Shown here: one piece after another, positions 59,957 to 60,571 of the stretch
Layout of the letters: the number at the start of each line of letters is the position of its first letter
How positions within the stretch are numbered: position 1 is the first letter of the stretch
NCBI GenBank assembly: GCA_002385815.1
Contig: DGEE01000120.1
Location: 1-60,571 of the forward strand
Length of the DNA: 60,571 bases
From: Hungateiclostridiaceae bacterium UBA3934
Lineage (GTDB): Bacteria > Bacillota > Clostridia > Acetivibrionales > DTU013
Direction of reading: 5' to 3'
The notes under the pieces: model-generated
What the model saw: the letters and a program-made list of their open reading frames with translations, nothing else
What the model was told of the DNA's origin: nothing
Databases searched by the model: none
Made by a program: the position numbers and the translations under genes

Positions 59957-60552
59957 TATGGATACAGGGAAATTACCAGGTAATGTGCTTGAAAGACTGG
60001 TTTTCAGCAAAATAAAAAAGGTACATGACGATATTCTGATAAGCCCGGGCATAGGTATGGATTGTGCTGCTATAGATTTTGGTGAATACGCCTGTGTACT
60101 GTCATGTGATCCAATCACCGGGACAGCCAGGGAGATAGGCAGGCTGGCCGTACATATCAACTGCAATGACATTGCTGCCTGTGGGGTTGAGCCTCTTGGA
60201 CTTCTGGCTACGATTTTATGCCCTGAAGGCTCCTCAGAGGAAGAACTGGAAATCATCATGGACCAGTTTGCAGAAGCTGCCAGGTCTGTTAATGTGGATA
60301 TCCTCGGCGGTCACACGGAAATAACCAATGTTGTGAACCGGTTCGTCATATCCTGTACTGCTGTTGGCAAATGCCTTAAGGACAAGATCATAAGTACCAG
60401 CGGCGCCAGAGCCGGTGACAGTCTTGTCATTACAAAACATGCCGGCCTGGAGGGCGTATCCATAATAGCTCATGAGAAAGAAGAAGAACTGATACCGGTC
60501 CTTGGCAGACAAATAGTTGAAGAAGCAAAAGGATTCATGGACAGCATAAGTG
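59957..60552 (+). CDS. AIR synthase-related (PurM/HypE/ThiL-fold) protein, 3' truncated by contig end
   Basis: Open frame not in the track (no stop). It translates MDTGKLPGNVLERLVF...GMDCAAIDF...AVHINCNDIAACGVEPLGLL...ILGGHTEIT, the typical N-domain of AIR-synthase-like proteins. GGAGG RBS. Confidence 0.75.
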
Positions 60553-60553
60553 T

Positions 60554-60571
60554 TGTCTCTTATACACATCT
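60554..60571. other. Tn5/Nextera mosaic-end adapter, reverse complement
   Basis: TGTCTCTTATACACATCT matches 18 of the 19 nt of the mosaic end at the contig 3' terminus. Confidence 0.9.

Noticed and set aside
59939-60569. Two minus-strand ORFs (106 and 111 aa) at the contig end.
   Set aside because: The plus strand encodes an unmistakable AIR-synthase-like N-domain with an RBS. The minus-strand ORFs are its shadows.

Overview
The window is a whole 60,571-nt contig. Both ends carry Tn5/Nextera mosaic-end adapter sequence (1-19, and reverse-complemented at 60554-60571), so the termini are library artefacts. The content reads as core chromosome of a spore-forming Firmicute of the class Clostridia. 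Supporting markers are a spoIID-like fragment, spoVS, a SCIFF peptide system, an SLH-domain wall protein and Bacillus-type SOS boxes.

There are about 55 genes, almost all on the + strand, arranged in conserved housekeeping blocks:
- queA-tgt-yajC, a membrane protein, the SCIFF pair, an HD protein, secDF
- nitroreductase and an HD-GYP protein
- dnaG-rpoD followed by tRNA-Asn and tRNA(CAT)
- trmK, nif3-like, rnpB, tepA-like, ylzJ
- a reverse-strand MCP
- ftsK and a TPR membrane protein
- rny-ymdB-spoVS
- pgeF, an orphan SBP, lspA, rluD-like
- a PyrR-attenuated pyrimidine operon: pyrR-pyrB-pyrC-pyrF-carB-pyrK-pyrD, a histidine phosphatase, a divergent PRTase
- GH3, miaB-mutS-mutL-miaA-hfq
- a divergent lexA / yneA-like SOS pair
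- SLH-GH18, nifS-thiI, VanW, DUF2225, and an AIR-synthase-like fragment

I saw no CRISPR array, integrase or transposase, prophage, or recognisable defence island. I did not find a convincing wholly new multi-gene system.

The items most worth a second look are:
1. A 46-aa six-cysteine (SCIFF) precursor ORF that the ORF track misses. It sits next to its radical-SAM maturase, wedged inside the yajC/secDF cluster.
2. The unusual tail of the pyr operon: no carA, an embedded histidine phosphatase, and a long, motif-divergent OPRTase-like protein where pyrE is expected.
3. A structured 200-nt gap between hfq and lexA that could encode an sRNA.
4. A triple-operator lexA/yneA-like SOS switch whose read-through would be antisense to an SLH-GH18 gene.

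Many long antisense ORFs in the track are shadow ORFs of conserved genes and were rejected.
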